A stretch of 64,000 nucleotides of DNA from Candidatus Multivoradales bacterium (GTDB lineage Bacteria; Acidobacteriota; Thermoanaerobaculia; Multivoradales; JAHEKO01). Below the pieces are notes generated by a model, which made no database searches, was not told the DNA's origin, and saw nothing but the letters and a program-made list of their open reading frames with translations. This document shows, piece after piece, positions 28,709 through 37,837 of this stretch. The position numbers and the translations under genes were made by a program. Location: positions 448,001-512,000 of the forward strand of contig CBDCXM010000009.1 of the NCBI GenBank assembly GCA_965223855.1. The letters are read 5' to 3'. Position 1 is the stretch's first letter, and every line of letters begins with the position of its first letter.

Positions 28709-30856
28709 TCAGGCGAGAGCGAGTCGCGGCTTCTCTTCCGTGTCCGGTTGCCGGCGCTCGGCGGGCAGGCGGACGCGCACCCGCGCTCCGCCCTCATCGC
28801 CGTTGGTGAGCCGCAGCCGGCCGCCGTGGTCCTCGACGATCCGCTCGACGATCGCCAGTCCGAGCCCCAGCCCCCCGGGGCGCCGGGAGAAGAACGGCTC
28901 GCAGCCGCGCTCGAGCGCCTCGACGCCGAAGCCCCTGCCCTGGTCGTGAACCGTGGCGTCGACCCAGAGATCGCCCTCGGCGTCCTCGTGGGTACCGGCC
29001 ATGACCGAGACCGTCGAGCCGGGTGGGGAATGCTGGAGGGCGTTCGAGATCAGATTGGAGAACAGCGACACCACCGCCTCACGGTTCATCGGCACGACGG
29101 CGTCGTCGAGCTCGAGCTCGAGTTCGAGTTCGACCGCGACCCGAACCTCGGCTGCCAGCGGTGAGCAGTCCTCGGCGGCGCGCTCGATCACCTCGTGGAG
29201 ACTGCCGTCCTTGCGCTCGAGGCCCGCCGAGCGGCCGTAGGCGAGCAGCCCGTTCATCAGGTTCGTCATCCGATCGACCTGCGATCGCAGGCCGTCGAGA
29301 TAGGGGCGCAGGTCGGTGTCGTCGGCGAAGCTCGCCCGCATCGCGTCGAGAGTCGCGGAAACCCCGAACAGGGGGTTACGCACCTCGTGGGCGACACCGC
29401 CGACGAGTGCGCCGATCGCCGCCAGCTTCTCGCCGCGGCGCAATGAGTCCTCGAGCTCGACGACCTCGGTCGCGTCCTGGAGCACCAGCACGACCCGCTC
29501 GTCCCAGAAGCGCCTCGTGAGCGTCGCGGTGAGCTGCCAGTAGCGGGTCTCCGACGAGGTCGTGCGGTGCATCGACTGACCCCGCTCCTCGGTCTCCTGA
29601 ACCGCCTTGACCAGCTCCGCAGCCGTCTCCCACGGTTCTCCCTCGAGGGAACCGAGTCTTCGCCCCTTCACCTCGTCCCACGGCAGGGTCGCCAGTTGCT
29701 GTGCCGCGCGGTTGAGGCGCCGGATCCGCCCCAGGGTGTCGAGGATCAGCACCGGCGACTCGACGGTGTCGAAGGTCACCTGCCACTCCTGAGCGACCTG
29801 CTGAATCACCCGGCGTAGCGACTTCTCGCGCTCGAGCGTCTTGCGCTCCGAGATCTCGAGCACCATGCCGGAGACGAGCTGCAGGCGGCCCTTCTCGTCG
29901 AAGATCGGCTGGCCGCGCTCCTCGACCCACGACCACTCGCCGTCGGCGTTGCGAATGCGGTAGTCGACGACGTAGTCGGTCCGCTCGAGCACCGCCAGGT
30001 CCTTCTTGGAACCGACCGCTGAGCGGTCCTCGGGGTGACAGAGGTCGAGCATCGTCTTGAGCTCGTCCGAGAGCTGATCGACGGAGCGCCCGGTCATCTC
30101 CTCCACCGACCCGCCGAGGAAGAGGATCCGCGGCTCGACTCCCGGCACCGAGAGGTGGACGATGCCGGGAACGTTGTCGACCAGCGTCCGGAACTGACTC
30201 TCGCTTTCGCGCAGCTTCCGCTTCGAGCTCCAAAGCGACCGCGATGCGCGCGCCGCCAGCGAAGCGACCACGAAGAGCAGGGACACGGTCACCAGCGTCA
30301 CGATCACCTGGGTACGCCACGGTACCGGTCGGGCGCCCATCAGCTCGTGGTGCGGGAGCCAGCCGACCTGCTCGGCGACGACCATCAACGTGAAGGCCAG
30401 CGAGCACATGCCGGCGACGAGGAACGGCATCCGGGCGCGGCCGAGAAAGCCCGCATAGGCGATCAGTGCGGCGTAGATCAGCGTCAGGTTGGTCGCCTCG
30501 ATGCCGCCCGAGAAGTGGATCGCCGCCGTGTAGCCGACGATCTCCAGCGCATGCACGACGAGCGACCAGGCGATCACTCCTCCGCGGGTCGAGAGCCGCC
30601 GCAGCACCAGCAGCGTCGGCGGATTGATGGCGATGACGTACAGCAGCGCGGCGCTGATCCCGAGAAAGCTCGTCGACGGCAACACCCCGAACATCTGCGC
30701 GGCCACCGCCGCGAGCCACATCACGGCAGCGGCTCGCGACCGCACCATCGCCGCATGAGCGAAGCGGCGGTAGATGCGTTCCTGGTCGGCGGCCCTCAGT
30801 TGGCGGCGCGACGCCGTCTGCGAGTTGGGGTCGAAGCCCTCGAAGTCGTAGCTCAC
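28709..30856 (-). CDS. Membrane sensor histidine kinase (6 TM, two PAS, HisKA, HATPase)
   Basis: H-box AHEVRNPL, N-box NLISNALQH, DQGRG, PFFS, GLGLGLAIV; PAS HPEDR..YRIR. Confidence 0.93.
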   Translation of the reverse strand: MSYDFEGFDPNSQTASRRQLRAADQERIYRRFAHAAMVRSRAAAVMWLAAVAAQMFGVLPSTSFLGISAALLYVIAINPPTLLVLRRLSTRGGVIAWSLVVHALEIVGYTAAIHFSGGIEATNLTLIYAALIAYAGFLGRARMPFLVAGMCSLAFTLMVVAEQVGWLPHHELMGARPVPWRTQVIVTLVTVSLLFVVASLAARASRSLWSSKRKLRESESQFRTLVDNVPGIVHLSVPGVEPRILFLGGSVEEMTGRSVDQLSDELKTMLDLCHPEDRSAVGSKKDLAVLERTDYVVDYRIRNADGEWSWVEERGQPIFDEKGRLQLVSGMVLEISERKTLEREKSLRRVIQQVAQEWQVTFDTVESPVLILDTLGRIRRLNRAAQQLATLPWDEVKGRRLGSLEGEPWETAAELVKAVQETEERGQSMHRTTSSETRYWQLTATLTRRFWDERVVLVLQDATEVVELEDSLRRGEKLAAIGALVGGVAHEVRNPLFGVSATLDAMRASFADDTDLRPYLDGLRSQVDRMTNLMNGLLAYGRSAGLERKDGSLHEVIERAAEDCSPLAAEVRVAVELELELELDDAVVPMNREAVVSLFSNLISNALQHSPPGSTVSVMAGTHEDAEGDLWVDATVHDQGRGFGVEALERGCEPFFSRRPGGLGLGLAIVERIVEDHGGRLRLTNGDEGGARVRVRLPAERRQPDTEEKPRLALA

Positions 30857-31551
30857 GCAACCCCCGCGAGGACGAACGCCTTGTCGCGTTCCGAGCCCCA
30901 GAAGAGCGAACGGGTGCCGGAGAGTGTCGCCCCCTCCTCGTCGCGTGTCCAGCGGACCTCACCGACCATCAGGCAAGGGTCGCTCGCCTTTGGCGGGTAG
31001 ATCAGGAAGGCTGCGAACTGGTGCTCCGGCAGCTCTTCGTGTGTGAGGAACGAAAGGCCGTGCTCGGAGATGTCGCGCAGCGACGCCCGTCGGGGGTTGA
31101 GCTGCGCAGCGGTCAGATCGGGGATCGACAGCGGGATGTAGTCGACCCGCCAGTCGACCGGGAAGCGCTCGGGACGCGGCAGGTGCGAGGCTCTGTCGAG
31201 CACCGTATCGCGCACCATCCCCGTGAAGTCCTCTCCCGAGAATGGCTTGTCGAGAACCGCCGCGAAGAGCTCGAGGTCGGTGTCAGAGAGCTTGCGGCGG
31301 TCGGCCGTCACCAGACAGACCGGCAGCTCCGGATCGATCGCCCGCACCTTGCGGGCGAGGTCCGCGCCGTTCCAGACCGGCATGTCGAAGTCGGTGACGA
31401 CGAGATCGAACGAGCGGCTCACCACGCGCTCGAGTGCCTTGCGCGGATCGGTGGCGGTCGTCGCGTTGCCCCCCTCCGCCTCGACGAAGTCAGCGAGAAG
31501 GCGACCGACGTACGGGTCGTCGTCGACAACCAGAATCGACTTCGTCTTCAT
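30853..31551 (-). CDS. Response regulator, REC + PilZ-like domain
   Basis: ATG 31551 with GGAGG; ILVVDDD, VTDFDMP, KPF; C-terminal RPERF and DISEHG, GEVRW. Confidence 0.85.
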   Translation of the reverse strand: MKTKSILVVDDDPYVGRLLADFVEAEGGNATTATDPRKALERVVSRSFDLVVTDFDMPVWNGADLARKVRAIDPELPVCLVTADRRKLSDTDLELFAAVLDKPFSGEDFTGMVRDTVLDRASHLPRPERFPVDWRVDYIPLSIPDLTAAQLNPRRASLRDISEHGLSFLTHEELPEHQFAAFLIYPPKASDPCLMVGEVRWTRDEEGATLSGTRSLFWGSERDKAFVLAGVA

Positions 31552-31660
31552 TCGCCCTCCGAAACCCCATACCGGCGAAACCGTGAGCCGCTCCCCCCAG
31601 GTCGACTCTTCGCTCGGTAACGCCAAGGATACAACCTCCGCATGCTCGAATCGTCCGTCT

Positions 31661-34327
31661 CTACTCCTGAGGCACCCAGGAGGTGATCGACATCGGCTCG
31701 GTGAGGCCGTTGCTGAACGGAACGTGGGTGTCCCAGAACGGGTACGAGGTCCCCCACAGATACCCGTTGCCCCACAGGTAGCCGTTACCCCACAGATAGC
31801 CGTCGGGCCACAGGAAGTCCTTCTGCCAGTTGTAGCCGTTGCCCCACAGATAGCCGCCGCCCCACAGGTAACCGTCGACCCCTTCGATGAAGAAGTTGCC
31901 GTCGGAGTCGAGGTCGGCCGGACCGCCGAAGTGATGGCTGCCGGCGAGGTCGGCACGGACGTCGAGACCGACGTTGGCGCAGTCGAACGTCCACGACTGA
32001 ATCGCGCCGAGGGCATCCACGAGGCCGGCGCCCTGCTGGAAGACGCTGTAGGCCAGCACCTCCTCCTCGACCGCAGGGCGACTGGTATCGAGCAGACGGC
32101 ACTTGATGTCGTCCGGAGTCAGGAACGGCTCGAGTTCGAGCAGCAGGGCGGCAATGCCGCTGACCACCGCCGCGGCCTGGGAGGTCCCGGACATCATGAA
32201 GTAGTCGTTGCCGTCGTGAAAGTCGGGATGCTCGATGGCGAGCGTCGACTGGGCCGACATGATCGCCAGCACGTGGCCTCCCGGCGCCACGACGTCCGGC
32301 TTGACGAAGCCTTCTACAGTCGGCCCGACGGACGAGAACGAGGTGAGGAAGTCGTCGGTCGGCCGCTGCGTGATGTTGTCCGACACCGCCCCCACGGTGA
32401 TGATGTAGGGGACGTTGCCGGGCACCCCGATCGTCATCGGCTCGGGACCGTCGTTGCCGGCCGCCGCCACCACGACCAACCCCGCCTCCCAGGCCGCCAT
32501 CACCGCCTGGTTGAGCGGGTCGTCCCAGTAGTGCGACACCGGGGTGCCGCTGAACGAGAGATTCAGCACCCGGATGCCGTAGGCGGCGCTGTTGCGGACC
32601 GCGAAGTCGATGGCTCGGATGACGTCGAGATAACAGCCGCGGCCGTTCTCGTCGAACGCACCGATCGAAATCAGCTCGGCGCCGGGGGCGACGCCGTGGA
32701 AGCCGTTACTGCGCGAGGAATCGCCGTTGACGATGACGCTCGAGACGTGGGTGCCGTGGCCGTAGCCGTCGGTCGGAACTCCGGCGCCCTCCTGAGAGAC
32801 GATCGTGTCGGCGACCGCGTCGTACTGCACCCGCAGCCGCGGCCCGTGGGGGCCCGAGACGAGGGCCGGGTGGTTCCACAGCCCGGTGTCGACCACCGCG
32901 ACCCCGATCCCCGCCCCGGTGATACCGGCGCTGTGAATCGGGCCTGCGTTGACCCGCCGGGTGTGGGTCACGTCGGGCACGTAATCGTCGACCTCGACGA
33001 CGACCTCGTCGATCCACATCCTCCCGCCGCCGCCCTCGGCATCGACCCGGAAGCGCAGCAGCGTCGTCGGACTGATCAGCCCGCCGAGATCCGCGGACAC
33101 CTCGCCGGCCACCGTGCTGGACCTCTCGAAGATCGCGAGCAACTCGAAGGTCGCTCCCTGGTCGGCACTCCCCTCGACGACGACGCGGTCGCCCGGCATC
33201 AGCTCGTGCTGATAGCGAAACGACAGCCACGCCTCCACGGCTCCGCTGAGATCGACGGCGCGGGTGACATGGCGGCCAAAGCCGCCCCAGACCTGCATCT
33301 CGAGGCACGAACCGCTCCAGCAGCGACTGTCGGTCCGCACCAGGATCCGCCCGCTGCCGGCGGAGTCGTCGTCGTGCTCGCGCCAGCCGCCGAACCAGGA
33401 GAGGTCGCCGTCGTCGCCCTCGTAGGAGCCGTCGTCGAGCCGATCGCGGATCGTGCCCGCGCTGTCGCTCGATGGTGGCGGCGGCGGGCCGCCGTCGCTC
33501 TCGATCCACTCCACCTCGACGTCGTCGATCCAGACGAACTTGCCCGGGCCGGACGAGGTGGTCCGGAAGCGGACCCGGGTCTGCGGTCCCACCCACGAGG
33601 AAAGGTCGATCTCCTCCCAGCCCCCGGCCGCCGACCAGGCGTGATAGGTGCGCAGCGTCTCGTAGCTCGCGCCGCCGTCGGGCGAGACCTCGAGCACCAC
33701 CTCGTCCCTGCCTCGGAGGGTCTGGTGGAAGTGGTAGCGGAGGGTCGCCGCCACTGCGGCGCTCAGATCGACCTCCCTCCACACCGAGTCGCACGCCAGG
33801 TTCCTGGTCCGCACGGCGAGACAGGCTCCCGAGGTGCACCTCGGCGAGTGCTGCACCTGGCACATACCCGAGTCGGCGCTGCCGTCGTCGTCCTCGACCC
33901 AGCTGCCGCTCCAGCTGTGGCTGCCGTCGTCGTTCGAGTAGCCGATGGTGTCGAAGCGGTCGGCGACCGTGTGAACGGCCGACCGCAGGTGCAGCGGGCG
34001 GTCAGGGGTGATCTCGAGGCCGTCGCTCTCGCGCAACCGTTCGACCTGCTCGGGAGTCAGTTGAGCGCCGACCGCCCGGATGATCCCGAGTTCGTGGGTG
34101 ACGGTGCCACCGACACCTTCGACGGCCGCCACCAGCGAGGCCACCTCGGCACCGCGGACGATCATCGAGCGCGTCGGTACCGGGTCGGCAGGGCCGTGAG
34201 CCGACGGCACCGGCGAAGGAGCGCCGGTACAGGCCGTCAGAGCCAGGGTCAGTGGAAGCAGCACCAGCAGGAACCGACTTCCCCACCGGCCTCGCCCGGA
34301 ACCTGAGCGTGTCTCTACGAACTTCAT
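31661..34327 (-). CDS. S8 (subtilisin-like) serine peptidase lipoprotein with two inserted beta-sandwich domains and C-terminal Trp repeats
   Basis: GGAGGTGA RBS, lipobox LTAC, I9-like prodomain, triad VVDTG / GHGTHV / SGTSQA, oxyanion AAGN. Confidence 0.93.
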   Translation of the reverse strand: MKFVETRSGSGRGRWGSRFLLVLLPLTLALTACTGAPSPVPSAHGPADPVPTRSMIVRGAEVASLVAAVEGVGGTVTHELGIIRAVGAQLTPEQVERLRESDGLEITPDRPLHLRSAVHTVADRFDTIGYSNDDGSHSWSGSWVEDDDGSADSGMCQVQHSPRCTSGACLAVRTRNLACDSVWREVDLSAAVAATLRYHFHQTLRGRDEVVLEVSPDGGASYETLRTYHAWSAAGGWEEIDLSSWVGPQTRVRFRTTSSGPGKFVWIDDVEVEWIESDGGPPPPPSSDSAGTIRDRLDDGSYEGDDGDLSWFGGWREHDDDSAGSGRILVRTDSRCWSGSCLEMQVWGGFGRHVTRAVDLSGAVEAWLSFRYQHELMPGDRVVVEGSADQGATFELLAIFERSSTVAGEVSADLGGLISPTTLLRFRVDAEGGGGRMWIDEVVVEVDDYVPDVTHTRRVNAGPIHSAGITGAGIGVAVVDTGLWNHPALVSGPHGPRLRVQYDAVADTIVSQEGAGVPTDGYGHGTHVSSVIVNGDSSRSNGFHGVAPGAELISIGAFDENGRGCYLDVIRAIDFAVRNSAAYGIRVLNLSFSGTPVSHYWDDPLNQAVMAAWEAGLVVVAAAGNDGPEPMTIGVPGNVPYIITVGAVSDNITQRPTDDFLTSFSSVGPTVEGFVKPDVVAPGGHVLAIMSAQSTLAIEHPDFHDGNDYFMMSGTSQAAAVVSGIAALLLELEPFLTPDDIKCRLLDTSRPAVEEEVLAYSVFQQGAGLVDALGAIQSWTFDCANVGLDVRADLAGSHHFGGPADLDSDGNFFIEGVDGYLWGGGYLWGNGYNWQKDFLWPDGYLWGNGYLWGNGYLWGTSYPFWDTHVPFSNGLTEPMSITSWVPQE
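31748..31873 (-). repeat. Seven 18-bp coding repeats (hexapeptide GYLWGN-type)
   Basis: GYLWGG GYLWGN GYNWQK DFLWPD GYLWGN GYLWGN GYLWGT, with synonymous codon variation between copies. Confidence 0.9.
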
Positions 34328-34417
34328 GACTTCACCTCCAAACACCAGATGGCTGACACCTTGCGGATCTTCACGACCCTCGAACGCTCTGCGCCCTGCT
34401 TTTCGCTTCCTCAGTCG

Positions 34418-37400
34418 CTACACCTCATTGCCCGCCCACCTGGACGGCTCCGGGACGACCAGTGGGGCGGTCGAGCTGCGCGACCGGAACGGCTGCCACG
34501 CGAGGTTCGCCGGATCCTCGATCGAGGTCATCGCGACCACCTCCCCGGCATCGACCAGCGCCGCCGGGTTCTCCCGCAGACCGCGGAGCAGACCGCGCGC
34601 GAAGGTCCGCTCGGTCGAGAACAGCCCGACCCAGGCGTTGCGCCCGCTGCGCTTCGCGGCATAGAGGGCCACGTCCGCAACGTTGACGACCTGATCCCAG
34701 GACATCGTCTCGAGGTCCGACTTGACGAACGGGTAGCACGCAACGCCGATCGAGCAGGTCAGCCGGACCACCTGCCCGCCCTCGACGACGAAGGGGCGCT
34801 CTTCGATCTCGGAGCGGATCCGCTCGGCAAGCCGGGCGACCTCCTCCGGACTGGAGCCTCGGGCGACCACCAGAAACTCGTCGCCGCCCCATCGGATCAT
34901 CAGATCGGGCATGCGGCAGCTCTCGTCGAGCACCTGCCGCACCTCCCTTAGCACCTGGTCGCCGGCGTAGTGCCCACAGGTGTCGTTGACGCTCTTGAAC
35001 TCGTCGAGGTCGATCATGAGGAAGACGAGATCGAAGCTGTCCGGCGCGATCGAGCCGGTCGCGAGCTCTTCATACTGGCGCTGGAGCTGAGCGACCTCCT
35101 TCTCCACCCACTCGAAGAGATAGCGGCGGTTCGCCATCCCGGTCAGCGAGTCGGTGAGACTCGCCTGCACCAGCTTCTCGTTGAGCGTCTCGAGCTGCCT
35201 CGCCCGCTCCGCCAGCTCTCCCGTGCGCGTCTCTACCTCGCGCTCGAGCTGCGCGCTGTACTCCTCCTCGCGACGCAGCCGTCGTCGATGAAGCGCCCCG
35301 TAGGCGAACAGCGCGCCGAGAGCGGCGACGGCGTAGAGGCCGTAGGCCCAGGTCGTCGCCCAGGGCGGGCTCTCGACCTCGACCGGCACGGTCAACCCCT
35401 GTTCGTTCCAGACGCCGTCGTTGTTCGCCGCCCTGACCTCGAACCGATAGCTCCCGCCATCGAGATCGGTGTAGGTCGCCCGGCGCTCGGATCCCGCTTC
35501 GGTCCACTCCTCGTCGAAGCCCACCAGCCGGTAGGTGAAGCGGTTGCGCTCCGGCGCCGCGAAGTCGAGAGCGGCGAACTCGAAGGAGACGACGTCGTCG
35601 CGGTAGCCGAGATCGATCGGCGCCCCTGTCGTCAAAGCCGCGAGGTCGAGCGGCTGGTGCTGCAGCAGGATCCGGGTCAGTACGACCGGTGGAACGTGGC
35701 GGTTGACCGACAGACGGTCGGGGTAGAAGCCGTTGAAGCCGTTGACCCCGCCGAAGAACAGCTCGCCGGAGGTGCTGCGGTAGTGGGATCCGAAATGGAA
35801 CTCGTCGGCCTGGAGGCCGTGGCTGTCGTCGAAGTTGGTGAAGGTCTCGGACTCCGGATCGAAGCGCGACAGCCCGCGGTTGGTGCTCAGCCACAGCTCA
35901 CCGCTCATCGATTCGAGAATCCCGTAGATATCGTCGTCCGGCAGGCCGTCGCGCTCGGTCCAGGTCCGGACGGTGAGGCTGTGGGGAGAGGAGGGGTGAC
36001 CGTCGACGCGGCTCAACCCGCCGCCGCGGGTTCCGACCCAGAGCACGCCCGACGCATCGGCGTGGAGTGCATAGACGACGTCCGAGCCGAGGCTCGCGGT
36101 GTCGAGCGGGTCGTGCCGCAGCGCCATGAACTCGCCGGTGCGCCGGTCGAGCGCATTGAGGCCACCGCCCTCGGTGCCGATCCAGAGCCACTCCCGAGGA
36201 CCGTCCTCGAGGCTCGTGACGCGCCCGGCGGTCAGACCGGCGCCGCCGTCGGGATCGTGGCGGTAGCGGACGAAACGGCCGGTCGCGGCATCGAGCCGCG
36301 CCAGGCCGCCGCCGAACGTGCCGACCCAGACGGCACCGCCAACGTCCTCGAAGACGGTCATGATCGCGTCCGACGGCAGCGAAGTATCGTCCGCGGGATC
36401 GTGCCGGTAGACGCTGAGCACCGAGCCGTCCTCGCGCAGACGGTTGAGGCCGCCGCCCATCGTCCCGACCCAGACGGTGCCCTCGCGGTCGCGCAGCAGA
36501 GTCATGACCCGGTCGCTCGACAGGGCGTCACGACGGCCGGGTCGATGGCGCAGCCGCTCCGCCGTCCAGGCGCTGCGGTCGAGGATCTCGATCCCGCCGC
36601 CGAAGGTGCCGACCCACAGCCGACCCCGGCGATCCTCGGTGAAGGAGGTGGCGTTCGGCTCCAGCAGCAGCGCCGTCTCTTCGTTGCCCGGCGCGACGTG
36701 CCCGAAGGCGAGGGTCGCCGGGTTCCAGCGATCGACCCCGGCGGTCCGGGTGCCGAGCCACACCACACCGCCACGGTCCTCGTGGAGGGACATCACGACG
36801 TCGGAGGCGAGACTCCGCCGGTCGAGCGGATCGTTGCGCTCGCTCTCGAAGACGGCTCGCCCCCGATGCCGGATGGCCAGCCCGGTCGGTGTGGCGATCA
36901 GGAGACGACCGTCCCGATCCTCGAGCAGGGCCTGGATCCGGTCGTCCGGCAGGCTCGCCGGGTCCGCCGGATCGTGACGAAAGGTGACGAAACCGCCCTC
37001 ACGATCGAGGCGAGCCAGACCGCCGCCCCAGGTCCCGATCCACAGAGCCCCCGAGTGGTCCTCGAGGATCGCCCGCACCTCGTCGGCGGGCAGCGTGCCG
37101 GCCGTCTCCGGGTCGTGGACGAAGCGCTCGACCCGCCCGCTTTCCGGCTCCAGCCGCACGAGACCACCGTCGGTCGCCACCCAGACGACGCCCTCCGAAT
37201 CGCGGTGAACCGCATAGACGGCGTCGGCGACTCCCGCTGTGTCGCTCTCCGGCCGCAGGCGTACATGGGCGACCTCGCCCGTTCGGGGGTCGAGCCGATC
37301 GAGCCCCGCATCCAGCGTTCCGACCCAGACCGAACCGTCCTCATCGACCTGGACGGAGCGGATGCGGTCGCTCGCGAGACTCGCCGGATTCTGCGGATCG

Positions 37401-37813
37401 TGACGGTAGGAGGAGAAGGCCCCGGTCACGGGATCGAAGCGGTTGACGCCGCCGCCGACGGTCGCGATCCACAGCCTGCCGGCCGCATCCTCGTCGAGAT
37501 CCCATACATAGTCCGCCGACAGCGACGCCGGGTTGCCGCGTTCGTGCGAATAGACACGGACCTCGTGACCGTCATAGCGGTTGAGCCCGTCCTCCGTACC
37601 GAACCAGAGGAAACCGCGGCTGTCCTGGTGGACGGCGAGCACGGCGCTCTGCGACAGCCCGTCGTCGATCGTCAGATGGTCGAAGCGCATCGATGCCGAT
37701 GCGGTGTTCACTCCCGCGAGGAAGCCGACGACGACTGTCAACCAGGTTGCGGTCGTCAGCCGCCATGGCCCTCCTCGCGGTCCCGCGACCTTCCATCGCT
37801 GGTCTCTCTTCAT
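34418..37813 (-). CDS. Diguanylate cyclase with periplasmic two-component-regulator beta-propellers and Y_Y_Y domain
   Basis: Signal peptide, repeated D..G.LW.GT..GL.R propeller blades, YRL.GFD..W / Y.F.VRAAN.DG.W, TM, DSLTG..NRR, RxxD I-site (RMPD) and GGDEF. Confidence 0.95.
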   Translation of the reverse strand: MKRDQRWKVAGPRGGPWRLTTATWLTVVVGFLAGVNTASASMRFDHLTIDDGLSQSAVLAVHQDSRGFLWFGTEDGLNRYDGHEVRVYSHERGNPASLSADYVWDLDEDAAGRLWIATVGGGVNRFDPVTGAFSSYRHDPQNPASLASDRIRSVQVDEDGSVWVGTLDAGLDRLDPRTGEVAHVRLRPESDTAGVADAVYAVHRDSEGVVWVATDGGLVRLEPESGRVERFVHDPETAGTLPADEVRAILEDHSGALWIGTWGGGLARLDREGGFVTFRHDPADPASLPDDRIQALLEDRDGRLLIATPTGLAIRHRGRAVFESERNDPLDRRSLASDVVMSLHEDRGGVVWLGTRTAGVDRWNPATLAFGHVAPGNEETALLLEPNATSFTEDRRGRLWVGTFGGGIEILDRSAWTAERLRHRPGRRDALSSDRVMTLLRDREGTVWVGTMGGGLNRLREDGSVLSVYRHDPADDTSLPSDAIMTVFEDVGGAVWVGTFGGGLARLDAATGRFVRYRHDPDGGAGLTAGRVTSLEDGPREWLWIGTEGGGLNALDRRTGEFMALRHDPLDTASLGSDVVYALHADASGVLWVGTRGGGLSRVDGHPSSPHSLTVRTWTERDGLPDDDIYGILESMSGELWLSTNRGLSRFDPESETFTNFDDSHGLQADEFHFGSHYRSTSGELFFGGVNGFNGFYPDRLSVNRHVPPVVLTRILLQHQPLDLAALTTGAPIDLGYRDDVVSFEFAALDFAAPERNRFTYRLVGFDEEWTEAGSERRATYTDLDGGSYRFEVRAANNDGVWNEQGLTVPVEVESPPWATTWAYGLYAVAALGALFAYGALHRRRLRREEEYSAQLEREVETRTGELAERARQLETLNEKLVQASLTDSLTGMANRRYLFEWVEKEVAQLQRQYEELATGSIAPDSFDLVFLMIDLDEFKSVNDTCGHYAGDQVLREVRQVLDESCRMPDLMIRWGGDEFLVVARGSSPEEVARLAERIRSEIEERPFVVEGGQVVRLTCSIGVACYPFVKSDLETMSWDQVVNVADVALYAAKRSGRNAWVGLFSTERTFARGLLRGLRENPAALVDAGEVVAMTSIEDPANLAWQPFRSRSSTAPLVVPEPSRWAGNEV

Positions 37814-37837
37814 GGCCGTCCCTCTCGGTCCTCGTTC

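Noticed and set aside
31748-31873. 18-bp repeats as a non-coding array
   Set aside because: They are in frame within the S8 gene and vary at synonymous positions
34350-34364. Plus-strand TGGCTGACACCTTGC sigma54-like box between the cyclase and protease genes
   Set aside because: It points antisense to the operon, matches the -24 element poorly and has no gene to drive; likely chance, though an antisense RNA is not excluded
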